DNA of 64,000 bases, taken from contig CAVOUE010000004.1 in assembly GCA_963699545.1 (NCBI GenBank), positions 128,001-192,000 of the forward strand, written 5' to 3'. Below, in pieces: positions 62,640 to 64,000 of this stretch. Numbering within the stretch: the stretch's first letter is position 1; each line of letters opens with the position of its first letter. A program made the position numbers and the translations under genes. This DNA is from Nitrospirota bacterium. Lineage in GTDB: Bacteria; Nitrospirota; Thermodesulfovibrionia; Thermodesulfovibrionales; UBA9159. The notes below the pieces were generated by a model. It saw nothing but the letters and a program-made list of their open reading frames with translations, was not told the origin of the DNA and ran no database searches.

Positions 62640-64000
62640 TTACCTGCTGTCCTTCAGTTTTTGCAGCCATTGGGTTATGATCGCGCTGTTCGGGTCCCTG
62701 CGACGGGCCATTTCAAATGCCTTTTCAGCATCGGCACGTTTGCCCATTTTATAGAAGACCTTCCCGAGGGTTATGAGGTAATAGGGGTTTGCCTTGTTCT
62801 TTGTCGCCAGGGCGGAGGCCTGAATGATGATCGTGTCCAACGCCTCTGCTTTGTCTTTGGCAAATTGACGGAGGATCGGCAGATTCTCCTCAGTGTTCCT
62901 CAAAAAGATCAGGGCGAGGTGGTCCCTGTAGATCAGTACCCACTCATCCCGTTCAAGGAGCTCCTCTACAAGAGGGATAATATCACCCTTTGGAAACAAA
63001 GGAGGGGCAATAACGTAGGAGATATTGTACTTCCTCATAATGTCCTCCCAGGAACGGCCCTGTTCATTGCCTGCCATGGCTATAATATTGCATTCCTCGT
63101 ATACGTCGGGTTCCAATGACCTTCCGTCAATGAACACCTTTTTCTCCGGATAGAGCCGCCAGAGGAGATAGCCGCCGATACCGTATTCGTTAAACATGTT
63201 GCCCTGGATCTTCAGGGGAGCGATAAAATCGGCTGCATCCTTTGGCGCGGCAAAGGAGGTATCTGCCCTGAACGTATGACTTGCAAGGGAAGGGATGGAG
63301 GAAAAAACAAGGGAGACTCCGATAAGGAAGGTGATGCCGTACAGGATACCCTGCCTCCGTTCCAGGAACAGGAGAGGTCTTCTCACTATCGTTTCTTCTC
63401 CCGCATACAAAAGGATTCTCCCGATGACCGGCGCAGCGGCGCACATATAGAAAATGACGTACCTGGTCGCGGTAAAACTCATGAGGGTGAAAACCGACAG
63501 GACCAGGAGGGGTGTAAGCCCGATCTTCTTCAGGTAACGGAGGGCCCCCAGAGAAAGGAGGAGAAAGAGAATATAGGAATAATCAACAGGTTTGAATTTC
63601 TTTGCATAAGCCGTAAAGGGAGGTATAAATTCCACGATGCCGGCGCTATGCTGTCCAAGGGAAAGAGCTCCCCCGAACACATCGGTACCCACAGGATTGA
63701 CGAGGGAAAAGATCATTGACAGAGCCCATACTGCAAGGAGAGTCCGGAAGTTTCTTTCCCCGGCGTCCTTCCTGAGAACGGAGAGGATACCTTCACCAAC
63801 CACATAGAGGGAGATCAGCAGGATACAAACGATATGTCCGGCATGCAGATTGGAGAGCACCAGCGTGAGGACAGGGACCAGGAATATTGTTTTCGTTCTA
63901 TGGATCCTGAAATCCTCCAGAAGGTACAGGATGATGGAAAAAAAGAGAAAGGTGAACAACTGCGGGCGTTCTCCGAGATAACTCATCGAGAGGACAAAAA
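62640..64000 (-). CDS. Near-identical paralog of 58629-60398 (5' end outside window)
   Basis: Colinear nucleotide match at offset 4011 bp. Confidence 0.9.
   Translation of the reverse strand, partial: FVLSMSYLGERPQLFTFLFFSIILYLLEDFRIHRTKTIFLVPVLTLVLSNLHAGHIVCILLISLYVVGEGILSVLRKDAGERNFRTLLAVWALSMIFSLVNPVGTDVFGGALSLGQHSAGIVEFIPPFTAYAKKFKPVDYSYILFLLLSLGALRYLKKIGLTPLLVLSVFTLMSFTATRYVIFYMCAAAPVIGRILLYAGEETIVRRPLLFLERRQGILYGITFLIGVSLVFSSIPSLASHTFRADTSFAAPKDAADFIAPLKIQGNMFNEYGIGGYLLWRLYPEKKVFIDGRSLEPDVYEECNIIAMAGNEQGRSWEDIMRKYNISYVIAPPLFPKGDIIPLVEELLERDEWVLIYRDHLALIFLRNTEENLPILRQFAKDKAEALDTIIIQASALATKNKANPYYLITLGKVFYKMGKRADAEKAFEMARRRDPNSAIITQWLQKLKDSR

Overview
Bacterial chromosomal window. Gene content suggests an anaerobe of the Nitrospirota (Thermodesulfovibrionia) or Desulfobacterota type; this is an inference, not a database result. 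1-6 kb: housekeeping and envelope genes (UDG end, HIT, ECF-sigma operon with Spy/ZraP-like proteins, repeat lipoprotein, DUF202, ArnT-like, tatA). 6-50.5 kb: a large sigma54-controlled region of four paralogous TauE/SafE-exporter modules containing 7 USP genes, 4 related histidine kinases, 4 NtrC-type activators, 2 GntR regulators and four proteins or peptides sharing a 'FAE(A/E)G' helix. The same region holds a dikinase-like enzyme lacking the PEP-binding barrel, two T2SSE_N/multi-DUF202 membrane proteins, and an N-domain-less Lon protease with a complete receiver domain inserted. Seven -24/-12 promoters and repeated candidate enhancer sites can be read directly. An accessory island at about 18-23.6 kb interrupts this region, with brnT/antitoxin, orphan genes, 42-bp direct repeats and an attC-like site. 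50.6-64 kb: ilvE, a triheme c7-type cytochrome, a Cys-less transglutaminase-like protein with an ABC transporter, and tandem-duplicated GT-C/TPR membrane proteins. Roughly ten genes are split by frameshifts, probably sequencing indels. The best candidates for undescribed biology are the receiver-inserted Lon protease, the 3+2 DUF202 (VTC-like) channel pair, and the FAE-peptide/USP/TauE modules.
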